Assembly (NCBI RefSeq): GCF_001949145.1
Contig: NW_019091359.1
Location: forward strand, 2,306,540 to 2,370,539
DNA: 64,000 nt
From: Acanthaster planci
Lineage: Eukaryota
Direction: 5' to 3'
Under the pieces are notes generated by a model. That model was not told where the DNA came from. It was given only the letters and a program-made list of their open reading frames with translations, and ran no database searches. Shown piece after piece: positions 63,100-64,000 of this stretch. Position numbers and translations under genes: made by a program. The stretch's first letter is position 1, and each line of letters opens with the position of its first letter.

Positions 63100-64000
63100 T
63101 CAATAAACACAGTCCACTTCATGGGCCGATTGATCTGCAGAGGAAAACATCGCAAAGAATAACTTGGCAGAACTTGAAAAACCGAAACTCACTAAAAAAG
63201 AAATGGGTGTGTCAGTTGAAAGGGTTCTGATCACAGTATAAGAACTTCTCTTTTCCTTGGAATACAGGTTCTAATCTATGGACAAGATTCGTTGACTCAT
63301 AGCGCACGAAGAGGAGATTATTACAGTGGAAGTAGTGTATTGAGTTCTGGCACGACAAAAATTAGCTCTCTTCAGTGGAAAACAAGAAGTTCTGTCGTAC
63401 TAACAAGATAATTTAAATTCAATTTATAGTTAAGCTTTTGAGTGCGACACGAAATGCCTCATCAATTCGACCAAGCCAACTGTAACTTATAAGTCAAGTG
63501 GCGAGTGGATCCACCTGTTTCACAAGCTCTCACAAAGACCTGATCGGAATAAAATAACTTTGGCGAAAGGCCAAATTTGAATATTTTTGTTGGCAAATAA
63601 AAACGAGTCTCTTTTCTTAATAAGTGGTCTCTTGTTGTTACAGGCACTTGGGCAAAGAAAGTTTATCTGGTCGGTCTAACACGCGTTTGGTCTGAGAGCA
63701 CTTGAAGATGATTTTTCAGTCATGGCTATTAATGACGTGTTTTCAAAAACTGAAGTAAGATTAAAATGATGTCTTTTTAGGACAGTTTGTGACACGAACT
63801 TCTGTCATTCCTTTGTTGAAACTCACCGTGATTTTCCAGGATTGACGTACAAATATCTCTGTACTGTGACGTTTGCTTCAGCTGATCGAAGGCCGGGTTC
63901 CACCAATCAGGCAAGCGACTATCCTTACGGACCATCATGCCGGCGCCATCTTGCATACAGGTCGAGATGGGGGTTCCGGATGCTACGTCCAAGTCAGTGT
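63100..64000 (-). CDS. 3' end of a gene resembling invertebrate stand-alone solute-binding protein family 3 (PBP type 2 fold) proteins; partial
   Basis: Exon >64000-63827 (donor gtgagt, phase 1) plus exon 63134-63100 (acceptor ctctgcag): ...SGTPISTCMQDGAGMMVRKDSRLPDWWNPAFDQLKQTSQYRDICTSILENH-DQSAHEVDCVY*. The family call rests on the recalled pattern G..M.RKDS.L..WWN.AF..L....Y..IC. Confidence 0.6.

Overview
Intron-rich animal genomic DNA (AT-rich, many TACATGTA motifs, probably a marine invertebrate draft assembly; N-gaps at 837-1605, 20286-20707 and 61442-61642, plus a single N at 32805). By reading splice sites and checking exon phase I assembled seven complete genes: RTCB (-), UQCC5/SMIM4 (+), UQCC6/C12orf73/BRAWNIN (+), CENPK (-), CHCHD4/MIA40 (-), SLC35A2 (+) and CDK20 (-). 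The 3' end of an eighth gene at the right edge resembles a stand-alone solute-binding (PBP type 2) protein. Highlights: (1) the two complex III assembly microproteins UQCC5 and UQCC6 lie 265 nt apart in what looks like one exon of a bicistronic transcript; (2) RTCB contains a textbook AT-AC minor-spliceosome intron; (3) a possible orphan two-exon microprotein lies between CENPK and CHCHD4; (4) the ~1 kb duplication of SLC35A2 exon 1 is probably a haplotype assembly artefact. The rest is MITEs, a 28-bp minisatellite, an RTE-like LINE fragment and a probable SINE. Homology calls are from recalled protein sequences, not database searches.
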